Source: an uncultured Lachnoclostridium sp. (GTDB lineage Bacteria; Bacillota; Clostridia; Lachnospirales; Lachnospiraceae). Taken from it: DNA of 44,976 bases. The notes below the pieces were generated by a model, which saw only the letters and a program-made list of their open reading frames with translations, had not been told where the DNA came from and searched no databases. A program made the translations under genes and the position numbers. This document shows, one piece after another, positions 9,342 through 18,657 of the stretch; within the stretch, counting starts at the first letter, position 1, and the number at the start of each line of letters is the position of its first letter. The DNA lies in the NCBI GenBank assembly GCA_947305875.1, contig CAMZEW010000001.1, positions 1-44,976 of the forward strand. Reading direction: 5' to 3'.

Positions 9342-10223
9342 ATGCACAGTTATTTAAGAAGCATAGGCTTCAGCAATATCAATACAAAAGAAGAAGAACA
9401 GAAGCTGACCGATGACATAATCCGTTATGCGAATCGAAAAGCGATGATTTCGCTTTCCCAGACCTCTGACGACCAGTACGTCGAGTTCGCTCGTGAGTAT
9501 GCCCCCGGGATGGGCGTGATTGTCCGGGGACAGATGGACGAGCAGGATGTTTTTCACCTGGATCATTATTTTCCTTTCCTGACTCCCCGTTTCGTTTCGA
9601 GCACCGAGGAAACATTCATCGAGAAGAAAAGTGAAAATGATTCCTACGGAGCGCTTTGCGAAGATTACCGTCTCGGAGTCGCTTTGATTTTCCAATTGCA
9701 GAACGCGGTGGATTATCTCCGGGTCAGCAAACGCGGAAAGACATCGTTTCATTTTCCGATAAGGATCGCGGCACTCGCCTCGGAAGGAACCATTCTCTTT
9801 CCGACTTTGAAGACCGAAGCGGTCCCTGCGGACAACGAAGAAGCGAAGAAGCTCGCCAAAATGGTTGCCGCCGCGAAGAACGGCAACCAGGAAGCCATCG
9901 ATCATCTTGCGATTCGCGAGATTGACACGTATACCGCCGTCTCGGACCGGATGAAGAAAGAAGATGTTTTCTCTATCGTTGACACGTCGTTCGTCCCGTA
10001 CGGAATGGAAAGCGAAGTATACCGGATTGTCGGGAACATCCATTCTCTCGAAGAACGCACGAATTCCGTGACCGGCGAGCGGATTTACCTGATGGAAACG
10101 GAATGCAGCAACCTGATTCTTGACCTTTGCGTAAATGCGAAGGATCTGCTCGGAATTCCCGAGCCCGGCCGGCGTTTCCGCGGCGTTGTATGGCTTCAGG
10201 GACGCGTCGATTTCGACCGTTAG
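9342..10223 (+). CDS. Conserved hypothetical protein, DUF3881-like (293 aa)
   Basis: Long ORF starting MHSYLRSIGFSN..., which I recall as the typical N-terminus of the clostridial DUF3881 family. The SD is weak. The antisense ORF 9354-10250 is treated as a shadow. Confidence 0.6.
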   Translation: MHSYLRSIGFSNINTKEEEQKLTDDIIRYANRKAMISLSQTSDDQYVEFAREYAPGMGVIVRGQMDEQDVFHLDHYFPFLTPRFVSSTEETFIEKKSENDSYGALCEDYRLGVALIFQLQNAVDYLRVSKRGKTSFHFPIRIAALASEGTILFPTLKTEAVPADNEEAKKLAKMVAAAKNGNQEAIDHLAIREIDTYTAVSDRMKKEDVFSIVDTSFVPYGMESEVYRIVGNIHSLEERTNSVTGERIYLMETECSNLILDLCVNAKDLLGIPEPGRRFRGVVWLQGRVDFDR

Positions 10224-10282
10224 GACCGGTAAAATAAGTGTATCTCGCATGTCCGGAATTCCGGACGGCGTTGATTCTATAT

Positions 10283-10356
10283 GTCCACGTAGCTCAGCAG
10301 GATAGAGCGACCGCCTCCTAAGCGGTAGGTCGGAGGTTCAAATCCCCTCGTGGACG
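10283..10356 (+). tRNA. tRNA-Arg (anticodon CCT)
   Basis: Manual cloverleaf. Acceptor stem GTCCACG/CGTGGAC with discriminator G. D arm GCTC-AGCAGGATA-GAGC. Anticodon arm ACCGC-CTCCTAA-GCGGT. T arm GGAGG-TTCAAAT-CCCCT with one A-C mismatch. No encoded CCA. Confidence 0.85.
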
Positions 10357-10361
10357 CGAAA

Positions 10362-10397
10362 GGGGCTGTCGCATCATGCGGCAGCCCCTGATTTTTT
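10362..10397. terminator. Rho-independent terminator (12-bp GC-rich stem plus T-run), probably bidirectional between the tRNA and degV
   Basis: GGGGCTGTCGCA-tca-TGCGGCAGCCCC followed by TGATTTTTT. An A-run lies on the other side. Confidence 0.75.
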
Positions 10398-10411
10398 ATC
10401 TTATATGCTGT

Positions 10412-11290
10412 TTAAGCTTTTTCTTTTCCGTGGAAGAACAGACCGACGGTACCCGGACCGGTGTGGCTTCCGATAATGGTACCGACCTCGTGAAGCTGAA
10501 CCTTTCCTCTCAGCTTCGGGAAACGCGCCTCAATCATTGCAATGACGGCCTGCGCGTCTTCGATGCAGTCGGAATGGCAGATGTGGCAGGGGCCGTCGTA
10601 ATCCGTGCCGGAGTCCGCGAACTCGGCAAATTTGTCCACAAGCGCCAGTTCAACCTTCTTCTTGGTGCGGATTTTCTCCATCGGAACAAGCTTTCCTTCG
10701 GAATTGATGGTCAGAAGAGGGCAGATGCCGAGCGTCTCGCCGATCAGTCCCGCTGCTTTCGAAATCCGTCCGCCGCGGATGAAATACTTGAGCGTTGTCG
10801 TGAAAAACCAAGCCTGCGCATGCAAAACCTCGGCTTCAAGCCGCTTGGCGGCCTCCGGAAGAGACAGTCCCTCGGCCTTAAGATCGGCGGCAATGTCAAC
10901 AAGCAAACCGTGCCCCGCAGAGGCGTTGACCGAATCGACGATGCAGATGGTCCGCTCCGGGAATTCATCTTTTAACATGGCCGCAGCATTCTGTGCGCTG
11001 TTGATCGAGCCGGAAAGCCCGCTGGAAAATGCCACGTGCAGGACGTCATACCCCTCCGAAAGCATACCCTTGAAGTAATCATAGTATTCATTGATATTAA
11101 TCTGGCTTGTCTTCGTGTCCGCGCCGTTTCGCATCGCTTCATAAAAGTCCGCGGACGGAACGGTCTTACCGAAATCGTCCGCATAAGCAACGCCGTCCAG
11201 TTCATAATGAAAGGAAATACAGCGGATTCCGCGCGAAGCAAGGTGTTCGGCCGAAAAATCAACGGTTGAGCAGCAACTGATAAGATACAT
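10412..11290 (-). CDS. DegV family fatty-acid-binding protein
   Basis: Contains MYLISCCSTVDF..., SSGLSGSINSA, and GPGTVGLFF at the C-terminus. I chose the start at the internal ATG 11290, which has a GGAGAGAGGG SD. The ORF-track start is 11314. Confidence 0.85.
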   Translation of the reverse strand: MYLISCCSTVDFSAEHLASRGIRCISFHYELDGVAYADDFGKTVPSADFYEAMRNGADTKTSQININEYYDYFKGMLSEGYDVLHVAFSSGLSGSINSAQNAAAMLKDEFPERTICIVDSVNASAGHGLLVDIAADLKAEGLSLPEAAKRLEAEVLHAQAWFFTTTLKYFIRGGRISKAAGLIGETLGICPLLTINSEGKLVPMEKIRTKKKVELALVDKFAEFADSGTDYDGPCHICHSDCIEDAQAVIAMIEARFPKLRGKVQLHEVGTIIGSHTGPGTVGLFFHGKEKA

Positions 11291-11376
11291 AATAAAGAGT
11301 CCCTCTCTCCACAAGGATGGTGTAAATGACCGGTAGTGCTTATCTTCGGAAAATGTGAAAAAGCGTCACATTTGTC

Positions 11377-11405
11377 TTGACAAAGCAGTTCTTCAAACCT
11401 ATAAT
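11377..11405 (+). promoter_or_regulatory. Consensus sigma-A promoter (TTGACA-17 nt-TATAAT) for the XRE regulator gene
   Basis: Both hexamers match consensus exactly with a 17-nt spacer, about 80 nt upstream of the ATG at 11487. Confidence 0.65.
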
Positions 11406-11486
11406 GATGCCAATCAAGAAATATGTTACCATGTACAGAGGGCAATTGCAAGTAAGAATTTTCCCATAAGCGAAAAGGTGATATCG

Positions 11487-12122
11487 ATGGAGAACGAGAG
11501 CGTAATGAAAGCGGAAGATCAGGCAGAGCGGCGCAAGCGGTTTGCGCAGGTCTGGTCCAGTTCGCGCGCGGACGCGGGCAAGACGCAGGCGGAGATAGCC
11601 GGAGCGCTCGGGATCTCCGTGAAAACGGTGCAGAACTGGGAAAACGGCGTCACCTCGCCGGATCTCTTCACCGGATGCGAGTGGTTCCGCACGCTCGGAT
11701 TGAATCCGCTTCCGTATTATCTTGCGTATCTGTTCCCGGAGTATTTCGACGGAATCGCGCCGGAAGACCCGGACGACACGATTGGGAAAGCGCTTACGAA
11801 CTTTGTTGCGAACATGACGCCCGGCGAGAAGAGAGAGCTTCTATATGTGACCGCGGGACGCCACGGAAGCCCCTGGTATTCGCTTCTTCAGATGTTCACG
11901 GCACATTGCCATCTCAGCATGAAATCGCGCGTCAACATTGCGCGTGCGGTGCTTGAGAGCTACGAAATGGAGTTGGAAACAGGAGAGCTTGTATGCCCGG
12001 ACAACATTGCTCCGGATCTGACGATTCTTCGGGACTCGATTGAGCAGGGCAAGAAGGCCGCGATGCACCGCGCAGGCGGCTATACCACCATAGTAACAAG
12101 AGAAAAGGAACATCTTTCATGA
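11487..12122 (+). CDS. XRE-family helix-turn-helix transcriptional regulator with an uncharacterised C-terminal domain
   Basis: HTH region KTQAEIAGALGISVKTVQNWENGVTSP. The start at 11487 is chosen for its AAAGGTG SD. The ORF-track start at 11355 lies upstream of the promoter. Confidence 0.75.
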   Translation: MENESVMKAEDQAERRKRFAQVWSSSRADAGKTQAEIAGALGISVKTVQNWENGVTSPDLFTGCEWFRTLGLNPLPYYLAYLFPEYFDGIAPEDPDDTIGKALTNFVANMTPGEKRELLYVTAGRHGSPWYSLLQMFTAHCHLSMKSRVNIARAVLESYEMELETGELVCPDNIAPDLTILRDSIEQGKKAAMHRAGGYTTIVTREKEHLS

Positions 12123-12293
12123 AAAAAGCAAGATTTACCGCATATTTTTACTGGTATTACTTTTCCTTTACCGACTTTTATGGTAAGGTTAGTTTGCGGT
12201 GTAATCGTTTGTGAGTAAGATCATGAAACCTTTGCGGCACAGATTAACCTGGGCCGCATTTTTAATCATACAGGTAATTCGGAGGATAAGAAA

Positions 12294-13295
12294 ATGATAG
12301 TCGTATTAAAGCCCCATGTAGATACGGAACGCGAGGCACAGCTGATTGACTGGTTCAAGAGCCTCGGACTCGGCGTGCACGTATCGGAAGGAGAATTCCA
12401 GACCGTGCTCGGTCTGATCGGCGATACCAGCAAGGTGGATTCGGATCTTGTGGCGAGCCTTGATATTGTGGAAGCCGTCAAGCGTGTGACCGAAACCTTT
12501 AAGTGCGCAAACCGCAAATTCCATCCGGAGGATACCGTAATCGATGTCGGCGGGGTAAAAATCGGCGGCGGAAACTTCTGCCTGATTGCCGGCCCGTGCT
12601 CAGTGGAATCCGAAGAGCAGATTGTCGGTATCGCCAAGGCCGTAAAGGCTTCCGGAGCGCATATGCTTCGAGGCGGCGCGTTCAAACCGCGTACTTCGCC
12701 CTATGATTTCCAGGGACTGAAGGCAGAAGGAATCGAACTTTTGAAGATTGCGAGACAGGAGACGGGGCTTCCGATTGTTACGGAAATCATGAACGCTTCC
12801 GACCTGCCTCTTTTCGAGGATGTGGACGTGCTTCAGGTCGGTGCGCGTAACACGCAAAACTTTGATTTACTAAGAGAACTCGGCCATACCGGCAAGCCGA
12901 TTCTTCTGAAACGGGGTCTTGCGGGGACGCTTAAAGAGCTCCTGATGAGCGCCGAGTATATTATGGCGAGCGGCAACGAGAACGTAATCCTCTGCGAGCG
13001 CGGCATCCGTTCCTACAGCGATTACCTGAGAAATACGTTAGACCTTTCCGCGGTTCCGATGCTTCACGAATTGACGCATCTGCCGGTAGTTGTTGATCCG
13101 AGCCACGCAACGGGTATGGCCAGAATGGTTCCTCCGATGGCGCTTGCCGCGGCTGCGAGCGGCTGTGACGGTCTGTTGATTGAGGTTCACAACGACCCGC
13201 CGCATGCGCTTTGCGACGGCGCGCAGTCAATCCGTCCGGAAGAATTTGACGCGCTTGCGAAGAAGGTTTACGCAGTACGGGAGGCCGTAAGATGA
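12294..13295 (+). CDS. aroF: 3-deoxy-7-phosphoheptulonate (DAHP) synthase, type I-beta, with an N-terminal ferredoxin-like regulatory domain
   Basis: Contains [12 protein letters not shown] and [24 protein letters not shown]. Confidence 0.9.
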   Translation: MIVVLKPHVDTEREAQLIDWFKSLGLGVHVSEGEFQTVLGLIGDTSKVDSDLVASLDIVEAVKRVTETFKCANRKFHPEDTVIDVGGVKIGGGNFCLIAGPCSVESEEQIVGIAKAVKASGAHMLRGGAFKPRTSPYDFQGLKAEGIELLKIARQETGLPIVTEIMNASDLPLFEDVDVLQVGARNTQNFDLLRELGHTGKPILLKRGLAGTLKELLMSAEYIMASGNENVILCERGIRSYSDYLRNTLDLSAVPMLHELTHLPVVVDPSHATGMARMVPPMALAAAASGCDGLLIEVHNDPPHALCDGAQSIRPEEFDALAKKVYAVREAVR

Positions 13296-14125
13296 AGGTC
13301 GGAATTGTGGGCCTCGGGCTGATCGGAGGCTCTTTTGCCAAGGCTTACCATGCCGCGGGCCATACGGTAGCGGCATTTGACACAAATGCAACGATTTTCT
13401 CGTTCGCAAAACTGGACGGCGCGGTTTCCGAAGAACTGACGGACGAAACAATCCCCGGGTGTGACCTGATTCTGATCTGCACCTATCCGGAGGCAGCCGT
13501 TCATTACATGGAAGAGAAGGGTCCGGTATTCGGGAAGAAGCCGGTCGTCATCGACTGCTGCGGAACGAAAGGAAACATTGTGGACCGGGGCTTTGCGCTT
13601 GCCGAGAAGTACGGCTTCACTTATATCGGCGGGCATCCGATGGCCGGCACGCAGTTCTCGGGATTTAAGTATTCCCGCGGGGATCTGTACGTCGGCGCAC
13701 CGATGGTACTCGTTCCTTCGAAGAATGACGACATCACATTTCTCGACCGGGTCAAAACATTGCTGAAACCGGCCGGATTCGGAAGCATTACCGTAACGAC
13801 GGCCGAAACACACGACAAAGTCATCGCATTTTCCTCACAGCTTGCGCACGTGGTGTCGAATGCATACGTGAAGAGCGAAACTGCGAAGATTCACACCGGC
13901 ATGTCGGCCGGAAGCTACAAGGATCTGACACGCGTTGCGTGGCTGAATCCGGAGATGTGGACGCAGCTTTTCTTCGATAACAAGGAAAACTTAATCAGCG
14001 AAATCGATACGCTGATGGCACATATGAAAGAATACCGGGACGCCCTTGAGACGGACGACCGGGAGACGATGAAGCGGCTTTTGGACGAGGGCCGCAGACG
14101 GAAAGAGGAGGTAGACGGAAAGTGA
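13292..14125 (+). CDS. tyrA: Prephenate dehydrogenase
   Basis: NAD-binding motif VGLGLIGGSFA and the GGHPMAG motif. The start overlaps the aroF stop (ATGA). Confidence 0.88.
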   Translation: MKVGIVGLGLIGGSFAKAYHAAGHTVAAFDTNATIFSFAKLDGAVSEELTDETIPGCDLILICTYPEAAVHYMEEKGPVFGKKPVVIDCCGTKGNIVDRGFALAEKYGFTYIGGHPMAGTQFSGFKYSRGDLYVGAPMVLVPSKNDDITFLDRVKTLLKPAGFGSITVTTAETHDKVIAFSSQLAHVVSNAYVKSETAKIHTGMSAGSYKDLTRVAWLNPEMWTQLFFDNKENLISEIDTLMAHMKEYRDALETDDRETMKRLLDEGRRRKEEVDGK

Positions 14126-15186
14126 AAACCGTAACCGTAAAGGCCGGCAAAGGCTATGAAGTGCGGATCGGACGCGGATTGCTCCCCGAAATCGGGAAGA
14201 AGATCGGCGCGGTTTCCGATGCGAAGCGGGTGATGATTGTCTCCGACGACAACGTGTATCCGCTTTACGGAGATATTGTCGCAGAAAGCCTTGCAAAAGC
14301 CGGATACGTTACGGATTGTTTCGTCTTTTCGAACGGGGAAGAAAGCAAGAATCTGACGGTTTACGGCGAGCTTCTTACGAAACTTTGCGACGCGGGACTC
14401 ACAAGGGATGACCTTCTGGTCGCGCTCGGCGGCGGAGTTGTCGGGGATCTTGCGGGATTTGCCGCGGCGACGTACCGCAGGGGCATTCCGTTCGTGCAGG
14501 TTCCGACCACGCTTCTTGCGGCGGTCGACTCTTCGGTCGGCGGAAAGACCGCGGTGGATCTTCCGAACGGGAAGAATCAGGCCGGCGCGTTTTACCAGCC
14601 GGTGCTTGTTCTCTGCGACCCGGATACGCTCCGGACACTTCCCGAAGAGGAATACAAAAACGGTTGCGCGGAAATCATCAAATACGGCGTTTTGGACGGT
14701 ATGGAACTGTTCTCGAAACTTGCCTCGAAGCCCGTCTGCAGCCAATATGAAGAGATTATCGAGCGGTGTGTTTCGATTAAGCGCGACTATGTCGAAGCGG
14801 ACGAATTCGACCGCGGACAGCGCATGCTTTTAAACCTCGGGCACACAATCGGGCATGCCGTCGAGGCCTGCAGCGATTATCGCATCCCGCACGGACAGGG
14901 CGTTGCCATCGGAATGGCGGCAATTGCGCGCGCATCCGCAAAGTACGGGCTCTGCAGCCCGGAAACCGCGGAAAATGTGACCGCTCTGATTCAAAAATAC
15001 GGCCTTCCGACCGAATTCCCGCCGTACTCCGTAACGGAACTGGCAGCAGCGGCCGGAAGCGACAAGAAGAATACCGGCGCATCAATGCGCCTTGTAATAC
15101 CGGAAGCAATCGGAAAGTGCACGGTACATACGTTCCCGGCGACGGAGTTTCCGGACTGGCTCAGAAAGGGCGGAGCGCATGAATAA
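14122..15186 (+). CDS. aroB: 3-dehydroquinate synthase
   Basis: Contains GGGVVGDLAGFAAATYRRGIPFVQVPTTLLAAVDSSVGGKTAV and LNLGHTIGHA. Overlaps the tyrA stop. Confidence 0.93.
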   Translation: MKTVTVKAGKGYEVRIGRGLLPEIGKKIGAVSDAKRVMIVSDDNVYPLYGDIVAESLAKAGYVTDCFVFSNGEESKNLTVYGELLTKLCDAGLTRDDLLVALGGGVVGDLAGFAAATYRRGIPFVQVPTTLLAAVDSSVGGKTAVDLPNGKNQAGAFYQPVLVLCDPDTLRTLPEEEYKNGCAEIIKYGVLDGMELFSKLASKPVCSQYEEIIERCVSIKRDYVEADEFDRGQRMLLNLGHTIGHAVEACSDYRIPHGQGVAIGMAAIARASAKYGLCSPETAENVTALIQKYGLPTEFPPYSVTELAAAAGSDKKNTGASMRLVIPEAIGKCTVHTFPATEFPDWLRKGGAHE

Positions 15187-16444
15187 AACGGTTCGGGCGG
15201 GCGCTCGGAGCGGGTCGGTAACGATTCCCGCATCGAAATCCGCTGCACACAGACAATTGATATGCGCCGCTTTGTCGGACCAGGCGTCCGTAATCGAATG
15301 CGACGGGATTTCGAAGGATATTCAGGCGACGATGGACTGCCTTACGGTGCTCGGAGCACGGTTTACAAAGGCTGAGGAAGGCATCCGGGTTACTCCCGTA
15401 AACTTATCTGAATGCAGAGCCGAAGGGACCAAAGAAAAGCTTCTTCCCTGCGGCGAAAGCGGCTCCACGCTTCGTTTTCTGTTGCCGATTGCCGCGGCAC
15501 TCGGGGTTTCGGTCGCATTCTCCATGGAAGGAAAATTACCGGACCGTCCGCACGGCGAATTGATCGAAGCGCTTACAAAGCACGGCGCGGAGATTCGGCA
15601 GGAAGGTGCGGAATTACGCTGCTCGGGGCAGCTTTCGGGAGGACTTTACAAGATTCCCGGAGACGTTTCGTCGCAGTTTATCTCGGGGCTTCTTTTTGCA
15701 CTTCCGCTTCTTAACGAAGACAGCACAATCAGAATTACCGGAAGAATCGAGTCTGCTTCGTATATTACAATGACGGAGAAAGCCGTCACGGAAGCCGGCA
15801 TCCGCTTTACGAAAAACGGGCAGGAATATACGGTTCCCGGCGGCCAGACCTATCAGGTAAAAGAGCATATTATCGTTGAGCGGGACTGGTCGAATGCGGC
15901 ATTTTTCCTTTGCGCAGGGGCACTCTCCGAAAAAGGAATCCTTGTAAAAGGACTTTCCTCGGATACCGCGCAGGGCGATATGAAAATTCTTTCGGTTCTT
16001 CGAAGCTTCGGAGCCGAAGTAACCGTACAAAAGGACGGAATCCTTGTTAAAAACGGCCCGCTTCGGGGCTTCACGGTGGATGCTTCCGGAATTCCGGATC
16101 TTGTTCCGGTAATCAGCGTCCTTGCGGCAGGCGCGAAAGGCGAAACGAGAATCGTCCACGCGGAACGGCTCCGCTTTAAGGAATCGGACCGCCTTAGGTC
16201 CACCGCGGCAATGCTTACGGCACTCGGCGGAGACGTTACGGAAACCGAAGACGGACTGATTATCTACGGTAGAACCCGTCTGACAGGCGGAACAGTGAAC
16301 CCCGTGAACGATCACCGGATTGCGATGGCAGCAGCCGTGGCAGCAGGCATCTGCGAAGCGGACGTTACGATCGAAGACGCAGCCTGCGTCGCCAAATCCT
16401 ATCCCGCATTCTTCGAGGACTTCGAACAAATGGAGGTATTGTGA
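15179..16444 (+). CDS. aroA: 3-phosphoshikimate 1-carboxyvinyltransferase (EPSP synthase)
   Basis: Contains PASKSAAHR, CGESGSTLRFLLP, KESDR and NDHRIAMA. Confidence 0.93.
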   Translation: MNKTVRAGARSGSVTIPASKSAAHRQLICAALSDQASVIECDGISKDIQATMDCLTVLGARFTKAEEGIRVTPVNLSECRAEGTKEKLLPCGESGSTLRFLLPIAAALGVSVAFSMEGKLPDRPHGELIEALTKHGAEIRQEGAELRCSGQLSGGLYKIPGDVSSQFISGLLFALPLLNEDSTIRITGRIESASYITMTEKAVTEAGIRFTKNGQEYTVPGGQTYQVKEHIIVERDWSNAAFFLCAGALSEKGILVKGLSSDTAQGDMKILSVLRSFGAEVTVQKDGILVKNGPLRGFTVDASGIPDLVPVISVLAAGAKGETRIVHAERLRFKESDRLRSTAAMLTALGGDVTETEDGLIIYGRTRLTGGTVNPVNDHRIAMAAAVAAGICEADVTIEDAACVAKSYPAFFEDFEQMEVL

Positions 16445-17517
16445 TGGGCAGTACTTACGGAGAAAACATACGTGTAACCCTATTCGGGCAGTCGCATTCG
16501 CCGGCCATCGGAATGACGCTGGAAGGCATTCCCGCAGGCGAACGGGTGGACCTTGAAGCGCTCGAAGCGTTTCTGTCCCGCCGCGCGCCCGGGCAGAACG
16601 CCTACTCGACTGCTCGCAGGGAAGCCGACAAGCCGGAATTTCTGAGCGGCCTTGTGGAGAATATGACATGCGGGACGCCGATTACCGCAATTATCCGGAA
16701 TACCGATACCCGCTCGCAGGATTATGCGAATCTGAAGACGGTTCCGCGCCCCGGACATGCGGATTATACGGCTTATATCAAGTATTACGGGAAGCAGGAT
16801 GCTGCCGGGGGCGGGCATTTCTCGGGCCGGCTTACTGCACCCCTTTGCATTGCGGGAGGCATCTGCAAGCAATTACTTGAAAAAGAAGGCATCCGCGTGA
16901 TTGCCCGCATTGCGGCGATCGGCGGCGTGAAGGACGAAGGAGAGCTTACGGAAGCGGTTACCGGTAAGGCTTTTCCGACAATGAGCGAAGTGCAGGGAGA
17001 GAAGATGCAGGCTAGAATCGCTGAAGTCAAAGCGGACGGTGATTCGGTCGGCGGCATCATCGACTGCGCGGTTCTCGGGCTTCCCGCGGGACTCGGGGAT
17101 CCGATGTTTGACGGAATGGAGAACCGGATTGCGCAAATCATATTCGGAATTCCCGCGGTGAAAGGAATCGGGTTCGGTGCGGGATTTGCCGCAGCCGAGA
17201 TGCTCGGAAGCGAGAATAACGACCGCTTTACGATGGCGGACGGAACCGTGAAGACCGAAACAAACCATTGCGGAGGCATTCTCGGCGGGATTACGAACGG
17301 GATGCCTGTCACATTTGCCGTAGCGATTAAGCCGACGCCCTCGATTGCGAAGGCGCAGCAGAGCGTGAATCTTGCGACCGGACAGGTGACGGAACTGACG
17401 GTTCAGGGAAGGCACGACCCTTGTATCGTGCCGCGCGCGGTGCCTGTTGTGGAGGCGGCCGCGGCAATTGCCGTATATGATGCCCTGCTTTCGAGACGGA
17501 AGGAGAAGACATTTTGA
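16444..17517 (+). CDS. aroC: Chorismate synthase
   Basis: Contains GENIRVTLFGQSHSPAIG, RPGHADYT and GRHDPC. The ATG shares one base with the aroA TGA. GTG at 16441 is an alternative start. Confidence 0.92.
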   Translation: MGSTYGENIRVTLFGQSHSPAIGMTLEGIPAGERVDLEALEAFLSRRAPGQNAYSTARREADKPEFLSGLVENMTCGTPITAIIRNTDTRSQDYANLKTVPRPGHADYTAYIKYYGKQDAAGGGHFSGRLTAPLCIAGGICKQLLEKEGIRVIARIAAIGGVKDEGELTEAVTGKAFPTMSEVQGEKMQARIAEVKADGDSVGGIIDCAVLGLPAGLGDPMFDGMENRIAQIIFGIPAVKGIGFGAGFAAAEMLGSENNDRFTMADGTVKTETNHCGGILGGITNGMPVTFAVAIKPTPSIAKAQQSVNLATGQVTELTVQGRHDPCIVPRAVPVVEAAAAIAVYDALLSRRKEKTF

Positions 17518-18656
17518 ACATTCAGGATTACCGTAAGAAAATTGATGAAATCGACGACAGTCTGATCCGGCTTTTCGAGGAGCGGATGGATGTGGCAGCT
17601 GCGATTGCCGAGTACAAGAAGGCGAATGCGATGCCGGTCCGCGACCAGGGAAGGGAGAAGGAGAAGCTTCTTGATGTCCTTTCGAAAACAAAGGATGATC
17701 TCAAGGAATACACACCGCTTCTGTTTCAGGTGCTTTTCGAGATGAGCCGGAGCTATCAGGCGAGACTGAACGGTGAAGGAACGGAGCTGACCGCACAGAT
17801 TAAAGAGGCTGTCGAGAAGACGCCGACAATGCTCCCGGACAGCCCCAGCGTTGCATGTCAAGGCATCGCCGGAGCCAATTCCCAGGCGGCCTGCGAGAAG
17901 CTGTTCCGCTATCCGAAGACCTTCTTCTGCTCTTCTTTCGAGGCGGTATTCTCGGCCATCGAAAGCGGGCTTTGCACCTACGGCGTCGTTCCGCTTGAGA
18001 ACAGCAGCGCAGGTTCGGTGAACAAGGTTTACGACCTGATGATGAAACACCGTTTCTATGTGGTTCGAAGCATCCGGCTGAAGATCCGCCACAATCTGCT
18101 TTGTAACGCAGGCGCGAAGCTTTCCGATATCAAAGAGATTTATTCCCACGAGCAGGCAATCAGCCAGTGCTCGGATTTCCTGCAGACGCTTAAGAACGTT
18201 CGCGTGATTCCGTGCGAAAACACCGCCGTTGCCGCGAAAATGGTTGCGGACAGCGGACGGAACGACATCGCAGCGCTTGCGAGCGAACAGTGCGAGAAGC
18301 AGTACGGTCTTACATGCCTTCAGAAATCGGTTCAGAATACGGACAACAACTATACGCGGTTCATCTGCATCGCGAAGAAACTTGAGATTTACCCCGGGGC
18401 GAACCGCACGAGTCTTATGATGACGCTTCCGCACGAGCAGGGCTCCCTTTATAAGATGCTGTCCCGCTTTTATGCGCTCGGCATCAACCTCAACAAGCTC
18501 GAAAGCCGTCCGCTTCCGGACCGCGAGTTCGAGTTCATGTTCTATTTCGACCTGGATACGCCGGTGTATTCCCCGAATCTGACACAGTTAATCGGAGAAT
18601 TGCAGAATTCCTGCGATTTCTTCCAGTATCTCGGCAGCTACAGCGAGGTTATCTGA
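17514..18656 (+). CDS. pheA: Bifunctional chorismate mutase / prephenate dehydratase (P-protein) with a C-terminal ACT domain
   Basis: CM helix IDEIDDSLIRLFEERMDVAAAIAEYK, PDT region VACQGIAGANS...ENSSAGSV, and ACT region GSLYKMLSRFYALGINLNKLESRP. The TTG start overlaps the aroC stop. Confidence 0.88.
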   Translation: MNIQDYRKKIDEIDDSLIRLFEERMDVAAAIAEYKKANAMPVRDQGREKEKLLDVLSKTKDDLKEYTPLLFQVLFEMSRSYQARLNGEGTELTAQIKEAVEKTPTMLPDSPSVACQGIAGANSQAACEKLFRYPKTFFCSSFEAVFSAIESGLCTYGVVPLENSSAGSVNKVYDLMMKHRFYVVRSIRLKIRHNLLCNAGAKLSDIKEIYSHEQAISQCSDFLQTLKNVRVIPCENTAVAAKMVADSGRNDIAALASEQCEKQYGLTCLQKSVQNTDNNYTRFICIAKKLEIYPGANRTSLMMTLPHEQGSLYKMLSRFYALGINLNKLESRPLPDREFEFMFYFDLDTPVYSPNLTQLIGELQNSCDFFQYLGSYSEVI

Positions 18657-18657
18657 T

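Noticed and set aside
9354-10250. A 298-aa antisense ORF that fully overlaps the DUF3881-like gene.
   Set aside because: The + strand product has the family-like N-terminus and a sensible composition. The minus product is Arg/Phe-rich with no motifs. Strand choice remains the least certain of the CDS calls.
13915-18434. Large antisense ORFs across the aro operon: 13915-14745, 15614-16669, 16873-17691 and 17403-18434.
   Set aside because: The + strand encodes unmistakable AroB, AroA, AroC and PheA motifs. The antisense frames are open only because of GC-rich codon usage.
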